DNA from: Thermoflexales bacterium
GTDB taxonomy: Bacteria > Chloroflexota > Anaerolineae > Fen-1058
Direction: 5' to 3'
NCBI GenBank assembly: GCA_041738395.1
Contig: JBGSPW010000064.1
Span: 1 to 64,000 of the forward strand
Length of the DNA: 64,000 nt
Position 1 is the first letter of the stretch. Every line of letters begins with the position of its first letter. The notes below the pieces were generated by a model. The model was not told where the DNA came from, searched no databases, and saw only the letters and a program-made list of their open reading frames with translations. The position numbers were made by a program, and so were the translations under genes. Below, piece after piece: positions 49,910-60,700 of this stretch.

Positions 49910-51103
49910 CTACGAATCCGTTGCCATCCATTCGCGCCGCCGCATTTCCGGTGTCTGCAAATTGCGCGGAATGATGACCGTGAAGCGTGTGCCTGAACCA
50001 CTTTCATCCGTCGTCACCTTGACGACAATCTGCCCGCTATGCGCATCCATGATTTTTTTGGCGATGGATAAGCCGAGGCCGGTGCCCGGTGTCTCGCCGA
50101 CATTGTCGGCGCGGAAGAAATCTTCAAAGATGTGCGGCAGATCATCGGACGGGATACCGGGGCCTTCGTCGTCGACCTCGAAGGTCAATGAGTCCGGTTC
50201 GTACCGCGCGCGAAAGGTCACCGTACTATCGGGCGGCGCGAACTTGATGGCGTTGTTCAGCAGATTGGTCAAGACCTGCCGCATCCTCCGGCGCGCCCCC
50301 ACGATCGGCTCAAACTTGGGCGGCGGCTCCACCTTGATCCGCACGCCTTTTTCGGCCGCGGCCAAGCGCACATCTTCCAAGGATTCGGTGCCCGCCTCGC
50401 CGGGATCGAACCATTCGAAATCGGCCTGAATCTGCTCCGGGCGCATCCGCGCCAGATCGACCACGTCGCCAATCAGGCCACGCAATTCGACCACGCGCAG
50501 AATGCTGCGCCGCACCATGCGCTGCTGCTTTTCATTCAACTCGCCCGCATAACCGCCGAGGATGGTCTGCAAGTAATTCTCAACGGCGGCCAACGGCCCG
50601 CGCAGTTCGTGCGAGACGATGGACAGAAAATACGTGAGCGTGTCGGTGGCATGCCGATACCGATCGCTGATCAGCGCGGCCTGCCGGTACATCACTTTGA
50701 AGCCCGCTTCGGGATGCGCCCACAGATAAGCGCGCAGCGGCGCACCATCGACCGCGATCACGCGCGCCGGTTCGAGGCACACCGCCGAAGTCGTGTAGGT
50801 ATACGGCGGGGTCAGCGTCGAGAAGCCCGCCATCTCGCCCGGCTCGACGTAGGCGATCGTCGCGTTGCGCGCCGTCGAATGCCGCCCAATCTGGATTTTC
50901 TTTTCCAGCGCCAGTTTGCCCCGTTCGACGATATACATGATCTCGGCCGGTTCGCCTTCCAGCAGCACGGTATCGCCGTCGCGATAAGTCTCTTCGCGGC
51001 AAAACTCCGCAATGGCCGCCAGATCCGTCTCGGAGAGTTCACCGAAAATCTCCGAGCGGCGCAGCCGTTCAGCGGCAATCGACAACGGTGTGACCTTAAG
51101 CAT
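49910..51103 (-). CDS. Sensor histidine kinase with an N-terminal cNMP-binding domain.
   Basis: cNMP-binding-like stretch (IFGELSETDLAAIAEFCREETYRDGDTVLLEGEPAEIMYIVERGKLAL). HisKA H-box (SIVSHELRGPLAA). HATPase motifs (NLLNNAIKF, GTGLGLSIAKKI). Confidence 0.85.
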   Translation of the reverse strand: MLKVTPLSIAAERLRRSEIFGELSETDLAAIAEFCREETYRDGDTVLLEGEPAEIMYIVERGKLALEKKIQIGRHSTARNATIAYVEPGEMAGFSTLTPPYTYTTSAVCLEPARVIAVDGAPLRAYLWAHPEAGFKVMYRQAALISDRYRHATDTLTYFLSIVSHELRGPLAAVENYLQTILGGYAGELNEKQQRMVRRSILRVVELRGLIGDVVDLARMRPEQIQADFEWFDPGEAGTESLEDVRLAAAEKGVRIKVEPPPKFEPIVGARRRMRQVLTNLLNNAIKFAPPDSTVTFRARYEPDSLTFEVDDEGPGIPSDDLPHIFEDFFRADNVGETPGTGLGLSIAKKIMDAHSGQIVVKVTTDESGSGTRFTVIIPRNLQTPEMRRREWMATDS

Positions 51104-51491
51104 GCACGCTCAACAATCTCTCGACGCGACGGAGCAAATCATCCGGTCGGGCCGGTTTCTGGACGTAGTCCTGCACATCCATCGCCATGCCGGTTTCCAA
51201 TTCGTAGCGCCGGCGGCTGGCATCTTCGACGACGGTCGTGAGCACCAGGATCGGCACGGTGGCATAGCGCGGCTCGCTGCGCATCTCGCGGATCACGCCC
51301 CAGCCATCCATACGCGGCATCAACAAATCCAGGATTAAGAGATCCGGCACTTCTTTGGCAACGAGCGCCATGCACTTCTTGCCATCGGGGGCGGTGGCCA
51401 GCCGATAGGGCTGCGATTCCAGGATAGTCGTGATGCCTTCGAGAATGTCGGGGTCATCGTCGACGATCAGAATATACGGTTGATGTTCCAT
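51096..51491 (-). CDS. Single-domain response regulator (REC).
   Basis: ILIVDDDPDILEGI...DLLILDLLMPRMDGWGV. GGAAGG RBS before the ATG at 51491. Confidence 0.85.
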   Translation of the reverse strand: MEHQPYILIVDDDPDILEGITTILESQPYRLATAPDGKKCMALVAKEVPDLLILDLLMPRMDGWGVIREMRSEPRYATVPILVLTTVVEDASRRRYELETGMAMDVQDYVQKPARPDDLLRRVERLLSVHA

Positions 51492-51542
51492 GACTACCCT
51501 TCCTATTCCTGCGCGTACCGTCATTGCGCCGAAGCCATAACG

Positions 51543-51986
51543 TTACTCACTTGCCTTTTCCTGCGCGCCGTTGAGCCTGAGCGGATTGGGACCCAGGCGT
51601 TCAATCTCCGCGGTCAACTCGGCGGCCGACCACGCGAACTGGCCGCCCATCGCCGATGACAGATTGATCATCTGCGCGCGGCGGCCTTCCAGACCGATCT
51701 CTTCCAGCAGCTTTTGCGCGTATTCAATTCGCCGGCGGGCGTTGAGATTACCTTCCAGGTAATGGCAGTCGCCTTCCAGTCAACCCGCCACCAGCACGCC
51801 ATCGGCGCCATCCTCAAAAGCGCGCAGCACATAGAGCACGTCGAGCTTGCCGGTGCACGGCAATTCGATCACCTTAATCGAGGTGGGATACTCCAGTCGC
51901 AGCGCACCGGCCAGATCGGCCGCGGCATACGCGCAGTAACGGCAGCAGAACGCGACAATTTCGGGATTGAAGTGGTCGGACGTCAT
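51543..51986 (-). CDS. mvhD: MvhD-family protein, second copy, with an in-frame TGA (51780-51782) at the conserved Cys position. Putative selenoprotein. Its ATG overlaps the hdrL2 stop codon (ATGA).
   Basis: ...ELPCTGKLDVLYVLRAFEDGADGVLVAG-[TGA]-LEGDCHYLEGNLNARRR... A hairpin (attaccttccaggtaat) lies at plus 51747-51763. Confidence 0.7.
51747..51763 (-). promoter_or_regulatory. Putative SECIS hairpin downstream of the mvhD copy-2 UGA.
   Basis: Same AUUACC-UGGAA-GGUAAU hairpin as in copy 1. It is conserved despite divergence in the flanking codons. Confidence 0.55.
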
Positions 51987-54900
51987 CGTGATACCTCGAT
52001 CTGTTCAATCGGAATGAAGCTGCTCACGTGAGAGGTTTCGTTAAACAACGCATCAATCTTGATCATCGTTTGCGCATCGGTGTAGTGCATCAATTGGATC
52101 GCGTGGGCCGGACATTCGGATGCGCACGAGCCGCAGCCCTGACAAATGGCCGGCTCGATATACGCCGCCCCGATAATACCCCCCGCCCCTGTAAAGTTAC
52201 TTTGCACCTTCGGCACGTCGTAAGGGCAGATGCGCACGCAAGTGAGGCAGCCCGTGCACTTGAGCGGATCGACCACCGCCACGCGCGCATTGCTCAACAT
52301 CGACTCTTGCGACAAGAGGCGCGCGGCGCGTGAAGCCGCGGCTTGCGCCTGCGCGATCGTCTCATCCAGAAATTTCGGATAGTGCGCCATGCCAGCCATG
52401 AATACACCATCGGCCGCAAAATCGATCGGGCGCAGTTTGACGTGCACTTCCAGGAAGAACCCGTCCATGTCCATGGACACTTTGAGCAACGTGCCCAGAC
52501 TACGTGCTCCCGGTGATGGGACGATGGGCGTGCTCAGTACGAGCAGATCGGGATGCAGTTCCAGATCGCGGTTAAGGACCGGTTCGTGAACCCGAATGAT
52601 GATTTTGGAATTCGGAATTCGGAATTCGGATTCCCGATCACTGATCACCGATCCCTGATCTCTGATCTCCACCTCCGGCTTGTGATCGAAATCGAAATGG
52701 ATGAAGCGCACGCCAGCTCGTCGCGCTTCCGTGTACAGCCGTTCCTTGAAGCCATACGTGCGGATGTCGCGATAGATGATCGTGACGTCGGCCGCCGGAT
52801 TCAGCTCTTTGATCTTGAGCGCATTCTTAAGTGCCGTGGTGCAGCACAGGCGGCTGCAGAATTTCTCGGCCGGGCCAACACACTGGATCATGACGATTGA
52901 TTTTTGATTTTGGATTTCTGATTTTGGATTGGCCAGAAACGACTCGAACTCCAACTGGGTCATGATGCCCGGATGCTGACCGTATTTGTATTCTTTGCCT
53001 TTATATTCAACACCGCCCGTAGCGACGATCGTTACGCCGTGGCCTACTTCCTGTATCCTGCCTCCTGCATCCCGCAACTTGCTGGTGAAGTTGCCCTTAA
53101 AGCCACCCAGGCCGATCAGTTCCGTGTTCAGATGCACATCGATCAGCGGATGCTGCTCGACCTTCGTTACGATCTTTTCCAGATAGTTCTGTGGCGTCAG
53201 TGCGGTCCCGTCTCCGTGCAGCGGCACAAAATAGCGCAGCTGGCGCAGATTGCCCCCCAGCGCCTCGGCACGTTCGATCAGATGGACGGGGAAGCCCTGA
53301 TCGGCCAGGGTGAGCGCCGCCGTCATGCCGGCCGCCCCTCCACCGATGATCAACGCCGCCTTGTTGATCGGCACCAGCGAGGTCTTCAACGGTTCGAGCC
53401 GCAGCGCGCGCGCCGCGGCCATGCGCACCAACGCTTCAGCCTTCACCGTTGCGCCGTCTCGATCGCCCGCGTGAACCCACGAACATTGATTGCGGATGTT
53501 TGCCATCTCGAACAAATAAGGATTGAGACCGGCCTGGCGAATGGCATCCTGAAAGAGCGGTTCATGCGTAAGTGGCGTGCACGACGCCACCACTACCCGA
53601 TTGAGCCCCAGCACCTTCACTTGATCGATGATGTGGGCGATCGTATCTTGTGAGCACGTGTATAAGTTGTCTTCCGCATGGACCACGCCGGGCAGCGATC
53701 GCGCATACTCGGCCACCGCGGGCACATCCAGATAGCCGCCGATGTTAGTGCCACAGTGACAGACGAACACGCCAACGCGCGACGTTTCATTAGCCACATC
53801 TCGTTCCGCCGGATACTCTTGAACGCGCGTCAGCGTATGCCGGGCCGGATACAGGATCTGCGCCGCCGCGGCAGCCGCGCCACTCGCTTCGATCACGGAT
53901 TCTGGAATATCCTTCGGTTCGCGGAATGGCCCGGCCACGTAGATGCCCGCGCGGCTGGTCTGCAACGGATCGAACAACGTGGTGTGGCAGAAGCCGTAGG
54001 AATCGAGCTCGATCCCCAGGTTGCGTCCCAGCCGCTTGACGGATTCGGATATCTCCATGCCCACCGACAGCACTACCAGATCGAACTCTTCCTCGATTAG
54101 CTGACTCGATCCTTCATACGGCGCGGCATAACGCACGCGAAGATTCCGCGTGACTGGATCTTCTTTCACATCGCTGAGACGACAGCGAGTGTACTTCACG
54201 CCGTACTTCTTCTCGGCGCGCTGATAGTATTCTTCATAGCCCTTGCTGAAAGCGCGCGTATCCATGAAGAAGACCTGGCACGTGACCTGACCTGCGCCGC
54301 TGCCAGAACGGTCCTCGGCCAACGCATGCTCCATCGTCATGATCGCTTCCTTGGCCGCGTACATGCAGCACACCGACGAGCAATAATCATGGCTTTGATC
54401 GCGGCTGCCCACACATTGCAAGAAGGCAATGCGCTTTGGCTTGGCGCCATCGGCGGGACGCTGGACGTGACCGAAGGTTGGGCCGCTGGCCGATAACATC
54501 CGTTCATATTGCAGCGCAGTCACCACATTGGGATAACGGCCCAATCCATACTCTTCCGACAGATGTGCTTGGTAGACTTCGTAACCCGGCGCGAGGATGA
54601 CGGCCCCGACGTTGATCTTTTCTTCGCGCGCGACCATGTTGTGATCGATCGCATTCGTACCGCAGGCGAACGTGCAGCTCATGCACTCCGAGCAAATCCC
54701 GCAGGCCAGGCAACGCGCGGCTTCTCTTTGCGCCGATTGATCATCGTAGCCCCCTTCGACCTCTACGAAGTTGTCGATGCGCTGCTCGACCGGCAGTTCG
54801 GGCAGCGGCACTCGCGTCTGACGTTTGATCTCGCCCCGCGCGATACGGGCTTCGATCTCTGCGTGTGTCAGCTTCACCACCGGTAATTCGGGATGATGCA

Positions 54901-56674
54901 ACGGTTCCAGATGTTCGCCCTGCAAATAGCGCAGAATCGATCGGGCCACGGTATGGCCGCTGTTTACCGCCTCGATCACAAACGCGGTGCCCGAGACACT
55001 ATCACCCGCCGCGAACACCCCTTCGCGCGTCGCCGCCAGCGTGTTGGGATTCACCGCAATCAACTTGCGGCCCGTCAAGCCCACGCCCGCATCGTCGGGG
55101 ATAAACGCCAGACCCGCACGCTGGCCTACCGAGAAGATCACGGTATCGCATGCGATGACGTGCGTGGAGTCGGGCACTTTCTCCACGTTGAGACGCCCGG
55201 TCTCGTCGAAGCTAAACGAAGCCACGCGCAGGCACTCGACGCCGCGCACGTGGCCGTGTTCGTCGCTGAGGATGCGTTCAAAGGTGCGGCCCTCATGCCA
55301 GACGATGCCTTCTGCTTGCGCGGCCTGCACTTCCCACGCATGCGCAGGCATCTTGTCGCCGCTCTCGAGACACGCCATCTCGACGTGACGACCCAACCGC
55401 ACGGCGCTGCGGGCGCAATCGATGGCGACGTTGCCGCCGCCGAGCACTAGCACTCGTTTACCCAATCGTGCATCGTACCCGTCGCCTTCTGCCTCCTGCA
55501 TCGTGCTTCCTGCCTCTTGCATCCTGCTTCCTGCATACTTTCCCAGTCGCACATCGCGCAAGAAGTGAGTGTTGATGATCACGCCCTCCAGGTTCGCACC
55601 CGGAATCGGCAGGCGAATACCTTCGTGCGCGCCGACGGCGATCAGCACCGCCTCGAAGCCCGCGTCGAAAATGTCGTCGAGGTTGTCGATGCGATGATTC
55701 AAGCGCAGATCGACGCCAAGGTCGACGATGTCCTGCACTTCGCGCTCGATGATGTTCGTCGGCAAGCGATATTCCGGAACGCCGAGACGCAGCATGCCGC
55801 CGGCCACCGGCATCGCTTCAAACACGGTGACGCCATAGCCCTCGCGCACGAGGTCTTGCGCCGCCGTCAAGCCGCACGGCCCTGCGCCGATAATGGCCAC
55901 GCGCTGATCGAACCGTCGGGGAAGAGGCTCGATCGGTGGGCGCGGCTCCGCGTAGACTTTATCGGTCACAAAGCGCTTGAGGGCGCGGATGTTGATCGGT
56001 TCGTCCACCAGTCCGCGGTTGCAGGCGTCTTCGCAGCGATGATTGCAGATGCGGCCGCAGATGCCGGGAAAGGGATTGTCCATCTTGATGACGCGCAGCG
56101 CATCCTGCCAGCGGCCTTCGCGAATCAACGCGATGTAGCCCTGCGCGCGCTGACTGGCGGGACAGGCATCCCGGCACGGCGCGATGCCGCGCTTCTCGAT
56201 GGCGTACGCATTGGGCACGGCTTGCGGATAGAGTTTGTAGATCGCGTGCCGTGGCGCGAGTGTTTCGTTGAAGGTATCGGGGACGATCACCGGACAGACC
56301 TTGGCGCAGTCGCCACATCCCACGCATTTGCTCAGATCGATGTAACGCGGCTGATGCTGCACACGCGCGACAAAGTCTCCGGCCTGTCCCGCCACATCCC
56401 AGACTTCGGTGTTGGTCATGATCGTGATGTTGGGATGGCCGCCTGTCTCGATGAGACGCGGCGAGATGGTGCACATCGCGCAGTCGTTGGTGGGGAAGGT
56501 CTTGTCGAGCTGCGCCATGTGCCCGCCGATGGCGGACTTGGTTTCGACCAGATACACCTTGAAACCCTGCTCGGCCAGATCGAGCGAGGCCTGCATCCCG
56601 GCAATGCCGCCGCCGACGACCATGACCGCGCCGATGGGTTGTTTATTCGTAGAGGGATCGGTTATCTGAGTCAT
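51983..56674 (-). CDS. hdrL: HdrL-type giant flavoprotein, paralog 2 (1563 aa).
   Basis: Collinear with hdrL1: VVGGGIAGMQASLDLAEQGFKVYLVE, CVGCGDCAKVCP, a GltD-like domain, CLACGICSECMSCTFAC, FLQCVGSRD and C-terminal CTGCLTCVRICP/CQGCGSCASECP. Contains heptamer tracts at 52604-52672, 52898-52931, 53046-53073 and 55484-55545. Confidence 0.8.
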   Translation of the reverse strand: MTQITDPSTNKQPIGAVMVVGGGIAGMQASLDLAEQGFKVYLVETKSAIGGHMAQLDKTFPTNDCAMCTISPRLIETGGHPNITIMTNTEVWDVAGQAGDFVARVQHQPRYIDLSKCVGCGDCAKVCPVIVPDTFNETLAPRHAIYKLYPQAVPNAYAIEKRGIAPCRDACPASQRAQGYIALIREGRWQDALRVIKMDNPFPGICGRICNHRCEDACNRGLVDEPINIRALKRFVTDKVYAEPRPPIEPLPRRFDQRVAIIGAGPCGLTAAQDLVREGYGVTVFEAMPVAGGMLRLGVPEYRLPTNIIEREVQDIVDLGVDLRLNHRIDNLDDIFDAGFEAVLIAVGAHEGIRLPIPGANLEGVIINTHFLRDVRLGKYAGSRMQEAGSTMQEAEGDGYDARLGKRVLVLGGGNVAIDCARSAVRLGRHVEMACLESGDKMPAHAWEVQAAQAEGIVWHEGRTFERILSDEHGHVRGVECLRVASFSFDETGRLNVEKVPDSTHVIACDTVIFSVGQRAGLAFIPDDAGVGLTGRKLIAVNPNTLAATREGVFAAGDSVSGTAFVIEAVNSGHTVARSILRYLQGEHLEPLHHPELPVVKLTHAEIEARIARGEIKRQTRVPLPELPVEQRIDNFVEVEGGYDDQSAQREAARCLACGICSECMSCTFACGTNAIDHNMVAREEKINVGAVILAPGYEVYQAHLSEEYGLGRYPNVVTALQYERMLSASGPTFGHVQRPADGAKPKRIAFLQCVGSRDQSHDYCSSVCCMYAAKEAIMTMEHALAEDRSGSGAGQVTCQVFFMDTRAFSKGYEEYYQRAEKKYGVKYTRCRLSDVKEDPVTRNLRVRYAAPYEGSSQLIEEEFDLVVLSVGMEISESVKRLGRNLGIELDSYGFCHTTLFDPLQTSRAGIYVAGPFREPKDIPESVIEASGAAAAAAQILYPARHTLTRVQEYPAERDVANETSRVGVFVCHCGTNIGGYLDVPAVAEYARSLPGVVHAEDNLYTCSQDTIAHIIDQVKVLGLNRVVVASCTPLTHEPLFQDAIRQAGLNPYLFEMANIRNQCSWVHAGDRDGATVKAEALVRMAAARALRLEPLKTSLVPINKAALIIGGGAAGMTAALTLADQGFPVHLIERAEALGGNLRQLRYFVPLHGDGTALTPQNYLEKIVTKVEQHPLIDVHLNTELIGLGGFKGNFTSKLRDAGGRIQEVGHGVTIVATGGVEYKGKEYKYGQHPGIMTQLEFESFLANPKSEIQNQKSIVMIQCVGPAEKFCSRLCCTTALKNALKIKELNPAADVTIIYRDIRTYGFKERLYTEARRAGVRFIHFDFDHKPEVEIRDQGSVISDRESEFRIPNSKIIIRVHEPVLNRDLELHPDLLVLSTPIVPSPGARSLGTLLKVSMDMDGFFLEVHVKLRPIDFAADGVFMAGMAHYPKFLDETIAQAQAAASRAARLLSQESMLSNARVAVVDPLKCTGCLTCVRICPYDVPKVQSNFTGAGGIIGAAYIEPAICQGCGSCASECPAHAIQLMHYTDAQTMIKIDALFNETSHVSSFIPIEQIEVSR

Positions 56675-56734
56675 AGCGTTTCGATTGTGACAATAAGTAA
56701 CGAATAATGCGTAAAGAATGAATCCATCGCCGAG

Positions 56735-57130
56735 TTATTTGAGGGCAGCGATAACGGCGTCACGCCACGGCAACAGCAGCGCGACGAGCGCGATCACATC
56801 AAACACCGCGCCGACCTTTGCACCGGGTGCGACAGTATTCCACCACGGCATGATGACGATCAACGATACGATGGCTTGCGCAACTGCTAACATCGGCCAC
56901 CAAGTTTGCTGCATCGCCAGTCCAATGCCCGCGCCCACGGAGCAAATCGCTACGATAAGCCACAACAGCCCGAAGATGTGCCCCACTCCGCTGTGCAATG
57001 TGACCCCTGTCGACAACACCCACGGTCTATTCGAGAACCCAGAGGTATTCTTCGTCCATGACGCCATGAACCCGCTCAGGTGAGCGAGACCGTGCATGAT
57101 AAACGCAGCGATAACAATGAAGTGCAGCAT
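56735..57130 (-). CDS. Small integral membrane protein (four TM segments) between mvhD and hdrL2.
   Basis: 131 aa and hydrophobic. Confidence 0.45.
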   Translation of the reverse strand: MLHFIVIAAFIMHGLAHLSGFMASWTKNTSGFSNRPWVLSTGVTLHSGVGHIFGLLWLIVAICSVGAGIGLAMQQTWWPMLAVAQAIVSLIVIMPWWNTVAPGAKVGAVFDVIALVALLLPWRDAVIAALK

Positions 57131-57153
57131 CTCCGCGACTCCTCTTTCGCTTC

Positions 57154-57654
57154 CTATGTGGTGCGCCTTCCGCGAAATCCTTCCTCTTCATCCGTCTCTT
57201 GTTCCGCAGTCCGCATTCCGAATTCCCCGTTTCCTTTCAGCGGATTCGGCCCCAACTCGCGGATGCGCTCCGTCATCGTTTGAGCCGCGTTCGCAAAAAC
57301 CTGCGCCTGACTGCCCGACATGAAGAACATCTCGAGTCGCTCGCCGCCGATGCCGATCTCGTCCAGAATTTTCTTGGCCCGGCGCAAGCGCGCGCGCCCG
57401 CGTTCATTGCCGCGCACATGATGACAGTTGCCGATCGGGCAGGCCACCACATACACGCCATCCGCGCCCTGCTCAAAGGCTTCCAGCAAATAGCGCACAT
57501 CGGTCTTGCCCGTGCACGGCATCCGCACGAACTTCACGTTGGCCGGATACTGAACCTCCAGCGTGCCCGCCGTGTCCGCGGCCATGTATCCGCAGTAGAT
57601 GCAGTAGAAGGCGGTGATTTCAGGCTCGAATGAATGTGTTATTTGAGATGTCAT
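57154..57654 (-). CDS. mvhD: MvhD-family protein, third copy, of the Cys type with no TGA.
   Basis: CTGKTDVRYLLEAFEQGADGVYVVACPIGNCHHVRGNERG. GAGG RBS before the ATG at 57654. Confidence 0.8.
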   Translation of the reverse strand: MTSQITHSFEPEITAFYCIYCGYMAADTAGTLEVQYPANVKFVRMPCTGKTDVRYLLEAFEQGADGVYVVACPIGNCHHVRGNERGRARLRRAKKILDEIGIGGERLEMFFMSGSQAQVFANAAQTMTERIRELGPNPLKGNGEFGMRTAEQETDEEEGFRGRRTT

Positions 57655-57773
57655 ATTCCTCACGGTAACGTGCTGTGTGGTTCGTTCATAACGAGTAATG
57701 AGTAACGAGTAATAGGACCATTGAGCCGGATCACACCGTTGCGATACGACCTTTACTCATTACTTGTTACTCG

Positions 57774-60700
57774 TTACGCCGCCCAACTTCCGAGTCCGCC
57801 AATCGTCTTAAGCATCATCTGCTCATCCGTGTAATTGATCAGCTGAATCGCATTGGCGGGACATTCTCCGGTGCAGGTGCCGCAGCCCTGACACTGCGCC
57901 GGATCGATGTAGGCCGCGCCGCCCAATCCGCCCACGCCCGATCGACCTTCCTGCTGGATGATTTGCGGAATGGCAAAGGGACACGTGCGTGTGCACGTCA
58001 AGCAGCCCACACACTTCTGCGGATCGACCCAGGCCACCACGCCGCCCAGATACAGCGATCCCTGCGAGAGCAGCGTCAACGCGCGCGCCGCCGCCGCCAA
58101 CGCATGGCTGATGCTCTCTTCGACAAACTTCGGATAGTGCGCCATGCCGGCCAGGAAGATGCCCTCGCGCATGAAGTCCATCGGGCGCAGCTTGAGCTGC
58201 GCTTCCTGGAAGAAACCCTCACCCGTTATCGGCACGCGCAGCAGAGCGGCCAACTCCGGTGCGGCTTCGGATGACGCAATCGCCATGCTGAGCGGCACCA
58301 GGTCGGCGGGCAGCGTCAACCAGCGATTCAACGTGAGATCGCGCACGCGCACCACCAACCGATCGCCCTCGGCGGCCCCCAGAAGGGCGACGACGGGCGG
58401 TTCGTCATCGGTAAAGCGGACAAACACGATACCGTGCCGCCGTGCTTCGGTGTAGTATTCTTCACGAAAACCATACGTCACGATGTTCTTGTACAACACG
58501 CTGACGCGGCAAGCGGGGTTAAACAACTTGATGCGGATGGCATTTTTCAGCGCGTTCGTGCAGCACACGCGCGAGCAATACTCAGGCATCCCATCCGGCC
58601 GCACGCACTGAATCATCACCACATCTTTCAACGCCGCGATCTCTTCCGGCCGATGAATGATCTTCTCTTCCAGTTCGTGCTGCGTGATCACATGCGGCAA
58701 ATCCAACAGTGGATGCTCGCGGGTCTCGCGGCCGCCCGTTGCCACGATCGTCACGCCATGCGCGATATGAAATTCGTCGAGGGTGCCGTCGGGATACTTC
58801 ATACGCAGTTCGGCCTGAAAATTGCCCACGTGCCCAATGTGGCGCGTCACTTCGGTGCGCATGTGCACGACGATGCGCCGGTGAGCGCGTACGCGATTCA
58901 CGAGGTCGCGCAACAACCGTTGGGGATCGTAGCCCTCGGCCACGTAGTACAGATTGGCCAGATTCCCGCCCAACATCTCAGTGCGCTCAACCAGATGTAC
59001 ATCGTAACCGCTGTCGGCGATGGCTAACGCAGCCGTCATGCCGCTCACGCCGCCGCCGATGATCAACGCCGCCGGTTGACATTGATTTACATCTTTGTGA
59101 ACAGGTTGTGCCGCCAGCACCCGCCCGACCGCTACCCGCAGCAACTCCTGCGCTTTGCGATTTGCCAACGCCTGCTGCTGTTGATGGACGCGGCTGCACT
59201 GTTCGCGCAGGTTGACCAATTCGAGCAGATAGGGATTGAGTCCCGTCAGGCGCAGGGTGCGCTGGAAGAGCGCTTCATGTGTCCGATTACTGCACGCGGC
59301 AATTACCACACGGTTCAGATTCGCGTCCTGAATGCGCGTCTGAATCTGTGCCAGTGTTTCGGGAAAACACGCGAAGTCGATGGCTTCGGCCAGCACGACA
59401 TTCGGCCACTGCGCCGCGCGCTGCACCAGCGCCGGAAGATTGATCACACCTCCGATCGTCGATCCGCACGAACAGGCGAAGACGCCGACACGCGGCGGCT
59501 CATCCGTCACATCGCGTTCAGGCGGCAGACCATCGGCGGAGAGGAACGGCCACTCGCGGGTGTAGACGTGCGTGCGCAGTTGATCGTTGAGCAGGCGCAT
59601 CACCTCGGCCGCCGCGCCGCTGGCATCGATGATGGTCTCGACGATCTCTTTGGGCGATGAGAACGCGCCGCACACAAACACGCCCGGGCGCGACGTTTGT
59701 AACGGCGTAAATTTATCGGTCTGGCAGAAGCCGTGTTCGTTCAAGTCGATGCCCAACAATTCGGCCAGCAGCGGGGCCGAGTCGGGCGGCTGCAAGCCAG
59801 TCGCCAGCACCACAGTCTCGAAGCGTTCCTCACGCTGCTGTCCCGTGGCATCGGCATAGCGCAAGAGCAAATCGCGCGTGGCGGGATCTTCATGCACGTT
59901 GGAGACGCGGCAGCGCACATAGCGAATGCCATGCTGTTCGCGCGCGGTGGCAAAATACGAGTGATACTCTTTGTTGAAGGCGCGCTCGTCCATGATAAAG
60001 ATGCAGCAATCCACCTCCTCGCCCAGACGTTGCTTGGCGAGGATGGCTTCTTTGGTGGCATACATGCAGCAGATCGACGAACAGAAGGTGTTGGTCTGAT
60101 CGCGCGAGCCGACGCATTGGAGCCAGGCAATCGAGCGGGGTGGCCGCCCATCCGATCGGCGGGTGATAAGTCCCTCGGTCGGACCGGAACGGCTCGCTAA
60201 ACGCTCATACTGCATCGCGTGCAGGACATTGGAGTAACGTCCGTAACCCAGCTCAGCTAAGGGAGTTGGATCATAAACCTGGAAGCCCACCGCCAGAATG
60301 ATCGCGCCAACTTCGACGGTCAACAGACGAGGCTGCTCATCCAGATCGATGGCGTGGCTGGGGCAAATGTCCGCGCACTTTCTGCAGGCGTCGCAATACG
60401 GGCCGCGATCGATCACGTACGCATCGGGGGCCGCGCGCGCCGCAACTTTGTAGGCGGCCTTGCGCATGGTCAGGCGCTGCTGGTATTCGTCCGGCATCTC
60501 GATCGGACAGACTTCGGCACAGCGGCCGCAATCGATGCAGCGCGCCACATCAATGTAACGCGGTTCCTGGCGCAACGAAATCGTGAAATCGCCGGCCTGC
60601 CCTGCCACGTCGATGAGTTGGGTATCGGTCAGAATTTCAATGTTGGGGTGCTGGTTATGCCGACTGTATGCTGGAGATATAGATGGCCGAGTACAGCCAT

